From assembly GCA_013375475.1 (NCBI GenBank), contig JABXKD010000029.1:1-40963 (forward strand): DNA of 40,963 bases, read 5' to 3'. This document shows positions 1 to 8,428 of this stretch, piece by piece. The notes beneath the pieces are model-generated. The model was given only the letters and a program-made list of their open reading frames with translations. It ran no database searches and was not told the DNA's origin. The stretch comes from Promethearchaeota archaeon (lineage in GTDB: Archaea; Asgardarchaeota; Lokiarchaeia; Sigyniarchaeales; SOKP01). The first letter of the stretch is position 1. The number at the start of each line of letters is the position of its first letter. A program made the translations under genes and the position numbers.

Positions 1-236
1 TGTCTGGTTTTAAATGCCCACACTGTAACGAATATTTTGATCTTTTCCCTCCTGGTGGTGCAGAAAAAGCTTCTAAAGATTTTAACATACAGTTTTTAGG
101 AAAAATTCCTTTTGAGATCGAGGTAAGTCAACAAGGAGATAGTGGTTTACCCTTTATATTGAAATATCCTGAAAGCGAAAGTACTAAAGCATTTAAAGCA
201 GCTGTTTCTAAAATAAGAGAAGAATTAGAAAAATAA
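1..236 (+). CDS. Mrp/NBP35 (ApbC) family Fe-S cluster carrier ATPase, 3' part (runs off the window start)
   Basis: My translation from base 3: SGFKCPHCNEYFDLFPPGGAEKASKDFNIQFLGKIPFEIEVSQQGDSGLPF...IREELEK*. The (M)SGFxCPxC motif, GG, FLGxIP and DxGxP match the Mrp C-terminal half. Not in the ORF track. Confidence 0.9.
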   Translation, partial: SGFKCPHCNEYFDLFPPGGAEKASKDFNIQFLGKIPFEIEVSQQGDSGLPFILKYPESESTKAFKAAVSKIREELEK

Positions 237-262
237 TTTTTTTTAAATTTTTTATTAATAAT

Positions 263-655
263 TTACTGGCAATTATGATTTGGGTCGTTGTTGCCAGCAC
301 ATATTGGTTCATTAAGGGATTGCAGTTTTTCTTGTAAGAATAATTGAATATTTTCGTTTAGAGTCCCACTAACTCCTTTGAATAATCCAATTCCAAATTG
401 GGTAAACCCAGCGTAAGGTCTACCGCCAATACCCCCTACTATCATATGTGTCACGCCTCTATCCTTCATATTCATAACAGGCTCCATACATCCCGAATGT
501 CCATTATTTTGAAGTGAGAATGCTTTCTTAATGTTTTGATCGGAATCAATCTCAACTCCTATAAAGTAATTGCAGTGTCCAAAATGTTCGGAAATAGTGC
601 TTGATAATTCTGGGCCGTTTGAAGGAATTCCTATAATTTTATTCATGGTTACCAT
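263..655 (-). CDS. NifB/NifX family (dinitrogenase FeMo-cofactor-like / IssA-like) protein
   Basis: ISEHFGHC.YF and MIVGGIGGRP motifs; Cys/His-containing tail. The start may be the second Met (646). Confidence 0.85.
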   Translation of the reverse strand: MVTMNKIIGIPSNGPELSSTISEHFGHCNYFIGVEIDSDQNIKKAFSLQNNGHSGCMEPVMNMKDRGVTHMIVGGIGGRPYAGFTQFGIGLFKGVSGTLNENIQLFLQEKLQSLNEPICAGNNDPNHNCQ

Positions 656-677
656 TTTTTTTAAGTATATATTAATT

Positions 678-693
678 GAGAATAGATATTCAT
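678..693. promoter_or_regulatory. Palindromic operator, copy 1 (GAGAAT-agat-ATTCAT)
   Basis: Lies between a minus-strand TATA-like element (~697-703) and the NifX-like gene start at 655; matches the motif seen at four other promoters. Confidence 0.5.
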
Positions 694-924
694 AAGTATA
701 AAAGGTGATGATTATAATAAATAAATCCCTTCTATGAAGAGAAGTTATTAATAAGCAAAAATCGACAAAAAATTAGTAGTCCTTATACTCCTAGGAAATC
801 TAGGTGTATATATCACCATAATATGAAGTCTGATAAATCATAAAAGAATTTAAACAAGTACTTATATGATTTTTATATTCAAATGGAGAAGTTGAAAATC
901 TTCATAATAACAGGTAAAGGGTAA

Positions 925-1419
925 TTTAAAATCAACTTAGCTCAAAACTCAGAAGTTTCAAAACTTTTAAAAGGGATTGTTATTTGTAAACAAACTGGTA
1001 TATATTTATTAGATCTCATTTTAGATTCTGAAATTAATCCTATGTTGCTTTCTTCTTTTGTAGGAGCGTTATCATTATTTGGAGCGGAAAACATGGGGAA
1101 GATTGAAGAAATTACAATTAAGGGATTATCCATACAAATGATAATCGTGAATAAATTTGACCTTGTTTTAATAGCGATAATGGACAAACATTTCGTTAAA
1201 GAAGATATTAGGGAAGAAGCAGTAAAAGCGCTTGATATGTTTTATCACCTGTATAAAAACGAAATTAGCGATTGTACCGATGTTTCTCAGTTTGAATCGT
1301 TTAAACAAGTCTTATACGACCAAATTGTTGAGTACTTCGACCGAAGGAATGGAAGAAATAAAGAGAAAATTCGAGATTTCGGATTTTTCACTGAAGCAAT
1401 TGCTCAAACGAAAAACTAA
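925..1419 (+). CDS. Longin-like domain protein (Asgard type); start uncertain
   Basis: The frame is open from 925 (..LLKGIVICKQTGIYLLDLILDSEINPMLLSSFVGALSLFG..), giving the beta-beta-helix-beta-beta-beta-helix pattern of longin domains. The first ATG (1042) would cut off the first two strands. Confidence 0.6.
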   Translation, partial: FKINLAQNSEVSKLLKGIVICKQTGIYLLDLILDSEINPMLLSSFVGALSLFGAENMGKIEEITIKGLSIQMIIVNKFDLVLIAIMDKHFVKEDIREEAVKALDMFYHLYKNEISDCTDVSQFESFKQVLYDQIVEYFDRRNGRNKEKIRDFGFFTEAIAQTKN

Positions 1420-1469
1420 TGTATTTACTTTAACTCCTAAAGTGATACTTTATTTCTTTCCAATATTTT

Positions 1470-2354
1470 TTAAAAATTTTCCGTCTTTCTTTTAAAAATA
1501 ATATTTCCTTCTTTCACGGAAAAAATTCGCTCCATTAGGGAACATTTAGCTTTTAGTAAATAAAATACTTCTTTGTCCGGTATTTCCATACCATACAAGC
1601 TTTCGAAATTACCTTGGCCTTTTGATAATATCACCCCATCCTTTAAGAAGAAATGTTTCTTGAACTTATTAGATGTTGCTGGTAGATGGATGCCTGGTGT
1701 ACCGCTCCCTTCTATGACTTGGACCAAATCAATTAACCCAATAAATTCAGCGTCTTCTAAAGTAGCATCGTTGATAATAGGGGAAGCTCTAACCGAACAA
1801 ACAATTTCTAGATTTGGGAAGGTTTTAATAATTATTTCTACTAATAACTTATCAAATACAATCTCTCCTGCATTATCAAGTAAAATAAGTAAGTGTTTTG
1901 CATTCTGAAGAGATATTTTGAATTTTTCGTAATCATTTATAGCTAAGTTATCTGGAGTAAAGTTTTTAATATCTCTGATAAAATCTATTTTATGATTGGT
2001 ACCAAAGTCAATTGTATTTCCAAGGGCGGCTACTACAATTGCTTCAAATAAGGGATCTTTAGCGTTATTGACTAGTTCTTTAGCCTCATCGTAGAATTGT
2101 AAAGCTAACTGGTTGTATTCTTTCTTAATTGAAGCGTAGGGGTCTTTTACGTCTAAAGCTTCAGCAACAAGGTGGTATGCTACTTTACCGATTATCGGAG
2201 ACGCTTTTTTTTCCAAATCGAAACTCAGAAGGTATTCCATAAACTTCTTTTGAGTAGTTAAAATTTTTTCACGGGAAATATCTGGTTTCAACAATTGAAA
2301 GGCTCTTAACACTTGGTTAAAAAGACACGGTATACATTCGGGTTCTAATATCAT
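1470..2354 (-). CDS. DUF89/ARMT1-like damage-control metal-dependent phosphatase
   Basis: N-terminal ECIPC, GNxIDFG, LDNAGEIVFD, PIINDAT, SKGQGNFESL and LLKAKC motifs. Confidence 0.92.
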   Translation of the reverse strand: MILEPECIPCLFNQVLRAFQLLKPDISREKILTTQKKFMEYLLSFDLEKKASPIIGKVAYHLVAEALDVKDPYASIKKEYNQLALQFYDEAKELVNNAKDPLFEAIVVAALGNTIDFGTNHKIDFIRDIKNFTPDNLAINDYEKFKISLQNAKHLLILLDNAGEIVFDKLLVEIIIKTFPNLEIVCSVRASPIINDATLEDAEFIGLIDLVQVIEGSGTPGIHLPATSNKFKKHFFLKDGVILSKGQGNFESLYGMEIPDKEVFYLLKAKCSLMERIFSVKEGNIIFKRKTENF

Positions 2355-2386
2355 ATAAATCTATTCATTCTTTTAGGATCTTAAAT

Positions 2387-2396
2387 AAAAAAAAAA
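2387..2396 (-). terminator. Putative oligo-T terminator of the MFS gene
   Basis: T10 on the minus strand about 40 bp downstream of the MFS stop codon. Confidence 0.4.
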
Positions 2397-2434
2397 GATA
2401 AAATTTTGTAAACCAGCTTACATATGGACTGATT

Positions 2435-3772
2435 TTATAAATCTTGGATCGCTTTTTTCTTTGCTAGTTTTTCTTCGTCTGATAGCTCTACTTCGCCTCT
2501 TTTTACAAAGAATACTAAAACAAATGCAATTACAAAAAAGATGAGACCATCAAGAAGCAAAGACCCTGGACCGAAAAGATCTCGCAAACCTCCTACGATT
2601 CCCGGGCCAATTACAGCCGCTAACACACTAAAGAAGTAATAAAGGCCAGTATAAGTTCCAATTTTCTTTACACTAGGTGCTAATTCCCAGACTATTACAA
2701 TAGAGTTAACATTTACAAAAGCCCATCCAATACCGAACAAAACTAAGACAATCATAGTTACTGTTAGAGTTTGAATTAAAAAGCCAGTTAACATCGATAG
2801 AATCATAATAATCAAACCAATTTGAATGCACCTTTTCCTCCCAATTCGAGATGCTAGCAGAGACAATGGAAATGCTGCAATGATAAATGGGAGAGCAACA
2901 AAGTTGAACATAAAAGATGCAAACGCATCAGTTTGATTCAATATGCCATTCGGACCCGTAGCTGCATATATTGAGAAGAAAGATTCTAAACCTTGATATC
3001 CGATAAACCAAGCAAAAATAGCAAATAGTATAAAAAGTGTACTTTTATCTTCTTCATTTAGGATGTCTTTAAAACTAGCGATTAGACCTACTTTATCCTT
3101 TTGCGATTTGATTTTTCCTTCTTTTGCTTCAGCCTCTAGTAGAAGTTTATAACTATAAGCATCATTCTCTTTTACAGCTAATACGAGAACAATCAAAGCT
3201 ACAACCATGATAATCGATGCAATAATAAAAGTTAATGGTAGTCCAATAGTACCTGATATTAATCCCATTGTATAAGCAACGATTGCTCCAACGCCTCCCA
3301 TAATGTTAATAATAGCATTTGCTTTGCTTCTATGTTGAGGTTTAACAAAATCAGGCATTAATGCAACTGCTTGTGATCTATAAAAGCCCATACTTAGACT
3401 GAATAAGAACATCCAAATTAATAGAGTTGGTAGATTACCTGTTGGTAAAAATCCTGTAGGAATTAGAGCAAAGAAAATTGCAGAACAAATAACTCCAACT
3501 ATTATATAAGGTATTCTTCGACCGTATTTAGATCTTGTATTATCAGAGACTGTTCCCATGATTGGTTGTATGATTACTCCTAACATATTATCTAATGCCA
3601 TTAAAATTCCTACGACTAATCCGGCTAACACAAAACCAGCGAAATAGTCGTCTAGTTGTTGATTAACTCGAGTATTATATAAACTCCAAGAAATCCCAGT
3701 CGTAAAAAACGCTAAACCGATTAAAAAAGTATGTTTAATATCAAATTTTTCTTCAGATTTACTTTCTGCCAT
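2435..3772 (-). CDS. MFS transporter, GPH/SLC45-like sugar (glycoside) permease
   Basis: About 12 hydrophobic segments; QPIMGTVSDNTRSKYGRRIPYI loop; ALMPD; ASRIGRKR. Confidence 0.88.
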   Translation of the reverse strand: MAESKSEEKFDIKHTFLIGLAFFTTGISWSLYNTRVNQQLDDYFAGFVLAGLVVGILMALDNMLGVIIQPIMGTVSDNTRSKYGRRIPYIIVGVICSAIFFALIPTGFLPTGNLPTLLIWMFLFSLSMGFYRSQAVALMPDFVKPQHRSKANAIINIMGGVGAIVAYTMGLISGTIGLPLTFIIASIIMVVALIVLVLAVKENDAYSYKLLLEAEAKEGKIKSQKDKVGLIASFKDILNEEDKSTLFILFAIFAWFIGYQGLESFFSIYAATGPNGILNQTDAFASFMFNFVALPFIIAAFPLSLLASRIGRKRCIQIGLIIMILSMLTGFLIQTLTVTMIVLVLFGIGWAFVNVNSIVIVWELAPSVKKIGTYTGLYYFFSVLAAVIGPGIVGGLRDLFGPGSLLLDGLIFFVIAFVLVFFVKRGEVELSDEEKLAKKKAIQDL

Positions 3773-4101
3773 TTATAATTCACTTTTTTTTTTAGATGAA
3801 ATTTAAGAATTTAGAGAATATTATGTTTTCTTATTTAAATAGGTTTATGTAATAATAGCTCTGACTTTTAAGTGAAGTTCAAATCTCATTATTACAAAAA
3901 GTAAAAAAAAATACAGGTTTCTTTCAAGAGAAATCGTTTTTGTTGAAATTTTTACATTTGCTTAATTATGTCTCTCAAAATCAATTCACTGAAAGTTCCA
4001 ATCATTATTCCCTTATTAACGAAAGTCTCCCCATATATTTTGAAGTCTTTATCTGAGAGTTTACCATTCTTAAAAAAAATTAAATTGTGATTGTCTATTC
4101 A

Positions 4102-4299
4102 TTAAGCATTATCTCTTACTTTCACGAAGCAATCTTCACAAAAAAAAATTCTACGCATTTTGCTAGCATCATAAACCATATGCCCTGATTTATGCTTCGT
4201 TTCGCATCCCCAACACATCTTATATGCATTAGTTTGAACTAAATATTCATCGTCTGCCTTAAAAACATCGTCCTTTATTATCTCTTTATAACTTCTCAA
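4102..4299 (-). CDS. Small zinc-ribbon-like protein
   Basis: CWGC...CEDC pair; TTG start; preceded by a tandem operator and a TATA-like element. Confidence 0.65.
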   Translation of the reverse strand: MRSYKEIIKDDVFKADDEYLVQTNAYKMCWGCETKHKSGHMVYDASKMRRIFFCEDCFVKVRDNA

Positions 4300-4333
4300 C
4301 TTCTTAACTCATTTTTTTTAATGATTTTGAATT

Positions 4334-4365
4334 ATGGATTATCATTCATGTGAATTATCATTCAT
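4334..4365. promoter_or_regulatory. Tandem palindromic operators, copies 2 and 3 (ATGGAT-tatc-ATTCAT / GTGAAT-tatc-ATTCAT)
   Basis: Two abutting 16-bp copies downstream of a minus-strand TATA (~4375-4384) and upstream of the gene at 4299. Confidence 0.65.
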
Positions 4366-4520
4366 AATTCCAATAATATAAAAAGTACTTTTTTATTTAA
4401 GTTTGATGAATTAAGCTCATTTTAATTAATTATATTAAAGACTTACCTATACCAATATCTTTTAATATTGATTCTGCTGGTATCTTCTCAAATAAAAAAA
4501 ATATATAAAAAAAACAAAAA

Positions 4521-4673
4521 TTATAAATCAATTTTTACACTAATCGAGGTTATGTCTTCGGGGATACCTTTTGCCGATTTTAAATATCCCAAAAGCAGAT
4601 TTTCTAACATACTTTCCATAAACTCGTTTAAAGGAACCTTTTCATCGTTTACTTTTAAATTAATATCTGACAT
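4521..4673 (-). CDS. 50-aa hypothetical protein resembling the small C-terminal domain of some MobB/Fe-S proteins
   Basis: My translation: MSDINLKVNDEKVPLNEFMESMLENLLLGYLKSAKGIPEDITSISVKIDL*. It lies 45 bp downstream of the DtxR-like gene on the same strand and is below the track's length cut-off. Confidence 0.75.
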   Translation of the reverse strand: MSDINLKVNDEKVPLNEFMESMLENLLLGYLKSAKGIPEDITSISVKIDL

Positions 4674-4718
4674 GATTTCTAATTGCTGACTAAAAGATTT
4701 AAATTTTGAGTTTATTTT

Positions 4719-5114
4719 TTAAATATTTGTTTGAAAAACTCTGAGTGAAAGGTCTTCTAAAGCATCTGATATCTCAGGCGTTATACTGTGCTCTATTTTG
4801 CAGCATAGTTCGTCCAGTTTAAATGTATTGTCGACGCCTAGAACATCTTCAAAAAAGTGCTTTAGCCTATTATATTTATTAATAGTTGTTAAAGCGATTT
4901 TTTTACCTTTCGCTGTTAATCTTACTGATTTCCTAGGATGCCACTGTATGTAATCGTTCTCTTTGAGTTTATATAGCATACTTGTTACTGAAGCGGGTTT
5001 AACTTTAATAAAGCTAGAGATTTCTGAATTTGAGACCCATCCTCCCTTGTTTTTCTTGGACACAAAATAAATTGCTTTAAGATAATCTTCATATGTATCT
5101 TTAATTTGCGACAT
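4719..5114 (-). CDS. DtxR/MntR family metal-dependent transcriptional regulator (no FeoA/SH3 domain)
   Basis: EDYLKAIY, VKPASVTSMLxKL HTH, LTxKG, FFxDVLG, CKIEH. Confidence 0.92.
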   Translation of the reverse strand: MSQIKDTYEDYLKAIYFVSKKNKGGWVSNSEISSFIKVKPASVTSMLYKLKENDYIQWHPRKSVRLTAKGKKIALTTINKYNRLKHFFEDVLGVDNTFKLDELCCKIEHSITPEISDALEDLSLRVFQTNI

Positions 5115-5175
5115 AGCCCTCTAATTATGTTTTTTAAAATTTTCAAGGCTTAAAAATAATAAAATGAAAAAAAAA

Positions 5176-5556
5176 TTATTCCTTTTTCTCTAATTCTTCA
5201 ATACTTTTGGTTATATCATCAATTGCATTACCGATTCCTTTAAGTTCGGATTCCAAGTATTCTTTTTCCTGCTTTAGCATTGTTAATCTATCTATTGGCT
5301 CTAAGGGAACTCTTGAAGCATAAACCGGGGAACCATGCACAATTGGAGGAGGAAGAGCATAAAAAGGCTCTCTATACCCCCACCCTCTTCCATATCCTCT
5401 TCCATAGTCCCGCGCTATCCCTCGTCCTCTACCTCGTCCATAACCAAATCCTGGACCGTAAGCACTCCCTGGAAAGTCATATCCTGCACAATATCCTAAA
5501 CCTCTTCCAGTTCTTGTTCCAAGACCTCTGGGACCAGTTCTATCTCCACCTGGCAT
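5176..5556 (-). CDS. DUF5320 family Gly/Arg/Tyr-rich protein with C-terminal coiled coil
   Basis: MPGGDRTGPxGxGxRTGRGLGYC start, GYGRG repeats, LKQEKEYLESEL heptads. Confidence 0.88.
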   Translation of the reverse strand: MPGGDRTGPRGLGTRTGRGLGYCAGYDFPGSAYGPGFGYGRGRGRGIARDYGRGYGRGWGYREPFYALPPPIVHGSPVYASRVPLEPIDRLTMLKQEKEYLESELKGIGNAIDDITKSIEELEKKE

Positions 5557-5614
5557 TATTTTATTCTCATCTCCTTATACTTTTTTTTGTATTTTTTTTA
5601 AAATTGGATGTGAT

Positions 5615-5632
5615 TGTGAATAATCATTCACA
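5615..5632. promoter_or_regulatory. Palindromic operator, copy 4 (TGTGAAT-aatc-ATTCACA)
   Basis: Perfect 7-bp arms, just downstream of a minus-strand TATA (~5639-5648) of the DUF5320 gene. Confidence 0.7.
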
Positions 5633-5888
5633 TGATCCTATATATAAATTATTTAACACCATATTTAAGTATTTTGAAACTAAATTATATTTTAATCATA
5701 AATGAACAAATTATAAAACTGTTCACACTTCTTAAAGATTTACCCAATAGTGAAGGTTTAACTTGAAAAAGTAGTAAGCTTCAATATTTTCCTAGTTTTA
5801 AATTATTAAATTAGCTCAAACTAAAGGTAATGAATTCAGTCTTAACCAACCAAATTGTAAGGTTAGTGTCATCTCGCTTGGTTTTCTC

Positions 5889-5920
5889 GAAAATTTTATA
5901 TATTCTGAATAATTATTCTT
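5889..5920 (+). promoter_or_regulatory. BRE/TATA promoter followed by operator copy 5 (CTGAAT-aatt-ATTCTT, 5905-5920)
   Basis: GAAAA-TTTTATATA then the GAAT-N4-ATTC core, 20 bp upstream of the GTG at 5941. Confidence 0.6.
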
Positions 5921-5940
5921 TAATATAAATAAAAAAAGAT

Positions 5941-6366
5941 GTGAATCAAAAGTTGAAAATAGCTATATGTACAGAAATGGGAAGCGTTTCGCAACATTTT
6001 GGTCGAGCTCCGGAATTTACTTTTGTTTCGATTGAAAATAACAAAATAGTTGATAAAAAAGTGTTGAATAACCCTGGACACGAAGTTGGAAGCATACCAA
6101 GGTTTATTAACGATCAAGGTGCGAAATGTATGATTGTGGGTGGAATAGGTCATAGAGCAATTGATTTTTTTAACCAATACGGAATCGAAGTTATCAGAGG
6201 TGTTGTTGGTAACATTGACGATGTTATTGCAAAGGTTTTAAACGGGACATTAGAAGGTGGTGAAAACATTTGTTCTCCGGGTGGAGGTAAAGGTTATGGT
6301 GTAGAAAAAATACACACTGAGGCAGACGAAAATTACGAACATAATCATCATAACCATCAGCATTAG
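5941..6366 (+). CDS. NifB/NifX family protein with His-rich C-terminus
   Basis: VSQHFGRAPEF, NPGH, MIVGGIG, GTL motifs; tail EHNHHNHQH. Confidence 0.9.
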   Translation: MNQKLKIAICTEMGSVSQHFGRAPEFTFVSIENNKIVDKKVLNNPGHEVGSIPRFINDQGAKCMIVGGIGHRAIDFFNQYGIEVIRGVVGNIDDVIAKVLNGTLEGGENICSPGGGKGYGVEKIHTEADENYEHNHHNHQH

Positions 6367-6440
6367 CTGAATAACTCAAATATTTGAACAATTAAATTTT
6401 CTAGCAACTATATTAAAATCAAAAATAGTATTCCATACAG

Positions 6441-6899
6441 ATGCCTAAAGATAAGTTTGATGAATATGTAGAGAATCTTCAAAACATTATTTACGAAGAA
6501 GAAATCAAGGAATATAATGAACGCATAGTTTCATTATATCACAAGCCTAAAAACTGGGGTAAACCTCCTGATGATGAGATTACGATTTCAAAAACTTACG
6601 AGGGCCCTTGTGGTGATACCATGTCATTCTTTTTAAAAATAAAGGACAATAATATTGAAAAGGCTAACTTTCTTACTGACGGTTGTGGAGCTTCAGTGGC
6701 AACAGGGTGCCAAACTACACTTCTTATAGAAAACAAATCAGTAGATGATGCTGAAAAATTAGATGCAGAAGACATAGACGCTGCGTTAAACGGTTTACCC
6801 GAAGATCACAAACATTGCGCCGAACTGGCGATAACAACCCTAAAAAGAGCGATAGATGATTATCACATATCAGTAAGGTTTAAAAAAATAAAGAACTAA
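6441..6899 (+). CDS. IscU/NifU-N family Fe-S scaffold protein
   Basis: PKNWG, GPCGD, DGCGAS and LPEDHKHCAELA provide the three conserved Cys. Confidence 0.92.
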   Translation: MPKDKFDEYVENLQNIIYEEEIKEYNERIVSLYHKPKNWGKPPDDEITISKTYEGPCGDTMSFFLKIKDNNIEKANFLTDGCGASVATGCQTTLLIENKSVDDAEKLDAEDIDAALNGLPEDHKHCAELAITTLKRAIDDYHISVRFKKIKN

Positions 6900-6956
6900 A
6901 ATCAAGAGATTCTGGATTTTGCTTTTAAAAATAAGTTTCTTTTATACTAAGGGAAA

Positions 6957-7889
6957 ATGAAATATGTTTATGGACCTGTTCCTAGCAGACGATTAGGGAG
7001 GTCTTTAGGAATTGACCCTATTCCTTCAAAAACATGCGATTATCAGTGTATATATTGTCAATTGGGAAAAACGACTAATTTTACTAGTGAGAGAAAAAAT
7101 TTTTATCCCTTAGAAGAAATTTACGAAGAAATTGAACAAAGTATTAACAAAAATAAAGGGGAGTTTGATTACATAACCTTTGTAGGTAGTGGTGAACCTA
7201 CCTTATGCAAAAGTTTAGGAAAACTGATTTTGAAAGCAAAGGAATTATCTAAAAAACCGATTTGTGTAATTACTAATGGTAGTTTATTATACCAAGACGA
7301 TGTAAAGGATGATCTTATCTTTTCTGACGTTGTTTTACCAACATTAGACGCAGGAGATGAAAAATTATTCATTAAAATTAATCGTCCTCATCCCTCCATC
7401 AAATATGAAAAAATAATTCAGGGTTACATTGATTTTCGGAAAGAATTTAACGGTAAATTTTGGATAGAAATAATGGTAATGAAGGGAATTAACGATTCTA
7501 GGGAAGAGTTATTTAAGATTAAAAAGAAGATAGATTTGATTCAACCCGATAGAATTGATATTAATGTTCCAATAAGACCTCCTACTGAAAGTTGGGTGAA
7601 AATTCCCGACCAAGATGTAATACCAATCCTAAACGATATTTTTGGAGATTATAATAATATAAACTTTCCTGAACAAGGAACATTTAGTGTTTTTGGTTTA
7701 AATTTTGAAAAGGAATTAAAGACTTTACTTGAAAGGCATCCAATGAGACTAGAACAAATTACTGAAACATTTAGTTCAAAAGCGGTTAATGAGCAAGATT
7801 TATTAGATCAATTGAATACTCTAGCATCCCAGAATAAGATTAAAAAAGTAATTTACAATAACCAGACTTTTTGGAAATTAACTAATTAA
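6957..7889 (+). CDS. Radical SAM Fe-S oxidoreductase (COG0731-like), possible C-terminal winged helix
   Basis: YGPVPSRRLGRSLGID, CDYQCIYC (CxxxCxxC), GSGEPTL, ITNGSLL. Confidence 0.9.
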   Translation: MKYVYGPVPSRRLGRSLGIDPIPSKTCDYQCIYCQLGKTTNFTSERKNFYPLEEIYEEIEQSINKNKGEFDYITFVGSGEPTLCKSLGKLILKAKELSKKPICVITNGSLLYQDDVKDDLIFSDVVLPTLDAGDEKLFIKINRPHPSIKYEKIIQGYIDFRKEFNGKFWIEIMVMKGINDSREELFKIKKKIDLIQPDRIDINVPIRPPTESWVKIPDQDVIPILNDIFGDYNNINFPEQGTFSVFGLNFEKELKTLLERHPMRLEQITETFSSKAVNEQDLLDQLNTLASQNKIKKVIYNNQTFWKLTN

Positions 7890-7910
7890 CCAATAACTCA
7901 ACTATTAGCT

Positions 7911-8402
7911 ATGCCAGTTTGCACGAAATGTAAAAAGGAAAAAGAGTTGCACCACCTTGATAAATTTGATGACAAATTCATATGTTATCAATGTTTATAT
8001 CAGAACAATAAGCCGTTTAAGATCTTTCCAATCGGTTTTGTAGAAAATCTATTAGAACGAGGGGAAGGATTTGGTTTGAAGGGGAGTAGAAATGATGTCT
8101 CTAAAATCCGTCTTTTTGAATCTCAACGACCTTTTCTTTACAAGTTAGAAGAAGATAAATGGATTACTGTTGTATATTATTTTCATAAACAGTGTAAAAT
8201 TCGATCGACCTTTTCTCGAGGTATTGATGGGAAGAAAGTAGGTATTTTCGCTTCTCGGACGCCTAATCGATTATCTCGCATTGGAATTACTAATGTTAAA
8301 TTAGTTAAAATTGAAGATACCACTTTATTCGTCAAAAATCTCGATGCGATTAATGGTACACCAATTCTAGATATTAAATTAGGTTCTAAAACGAGATGGT
8401 AA
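7911..8402 (+). CDS. TrmO/TsaA (YaeB)-like SAM-binding protein with N-terminal zinc finger
   Basis: PIGFV, GIFASRTPNR..RIG, LDAINGTPILDIK; N-terminal CTKC...CYQC. Confidence 0.8.
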   Translation: MPVCTKCKKEKELHHLDKFDDKFICYQCLYQNNKPFKIFPIGFVENLLERGEGFGLKGSRNDVSKIRLFESQRPFLYKLEEDKWITVVYYFHKQCKIRSTFSRGIDGKKVGIFASRTPNRLSRIGITNVKLVKIEDTTLFVKNLDAINGTPILDIKLGSKTRW

Positions 8403-8428
8403 TACAAATTAAACTCGTTAAACAAGGG

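Noticed and set aside
942-1908. Track ORFs 942-1187(-), 1232-1495(+) and 1573-1908(+)
   Set aside because: Antisense or alternate-frame shadows of the longin-like and DUF89 genes; no motifs.
4468-4689. Track ORF 4468-4689(+)
   Set aside because: Shadow of the more protein-like minus-strand ORF 4521-4673, which is co-oriented with its neighbours.
5811-5824. TTAGCTCAAACTAA as a classical DtxR-type box
   Set aside because: Only 4-bp arms, a single copy, and far from either TATA; expected by chance in AT-rich DNA.
5280-6177. Track ORFs 5280-5705(+) and 5920-6177(-)
   Set aside because: Antisense to DUF5320 and the NifX-like gene; the first runs across promoter and operator sequence.
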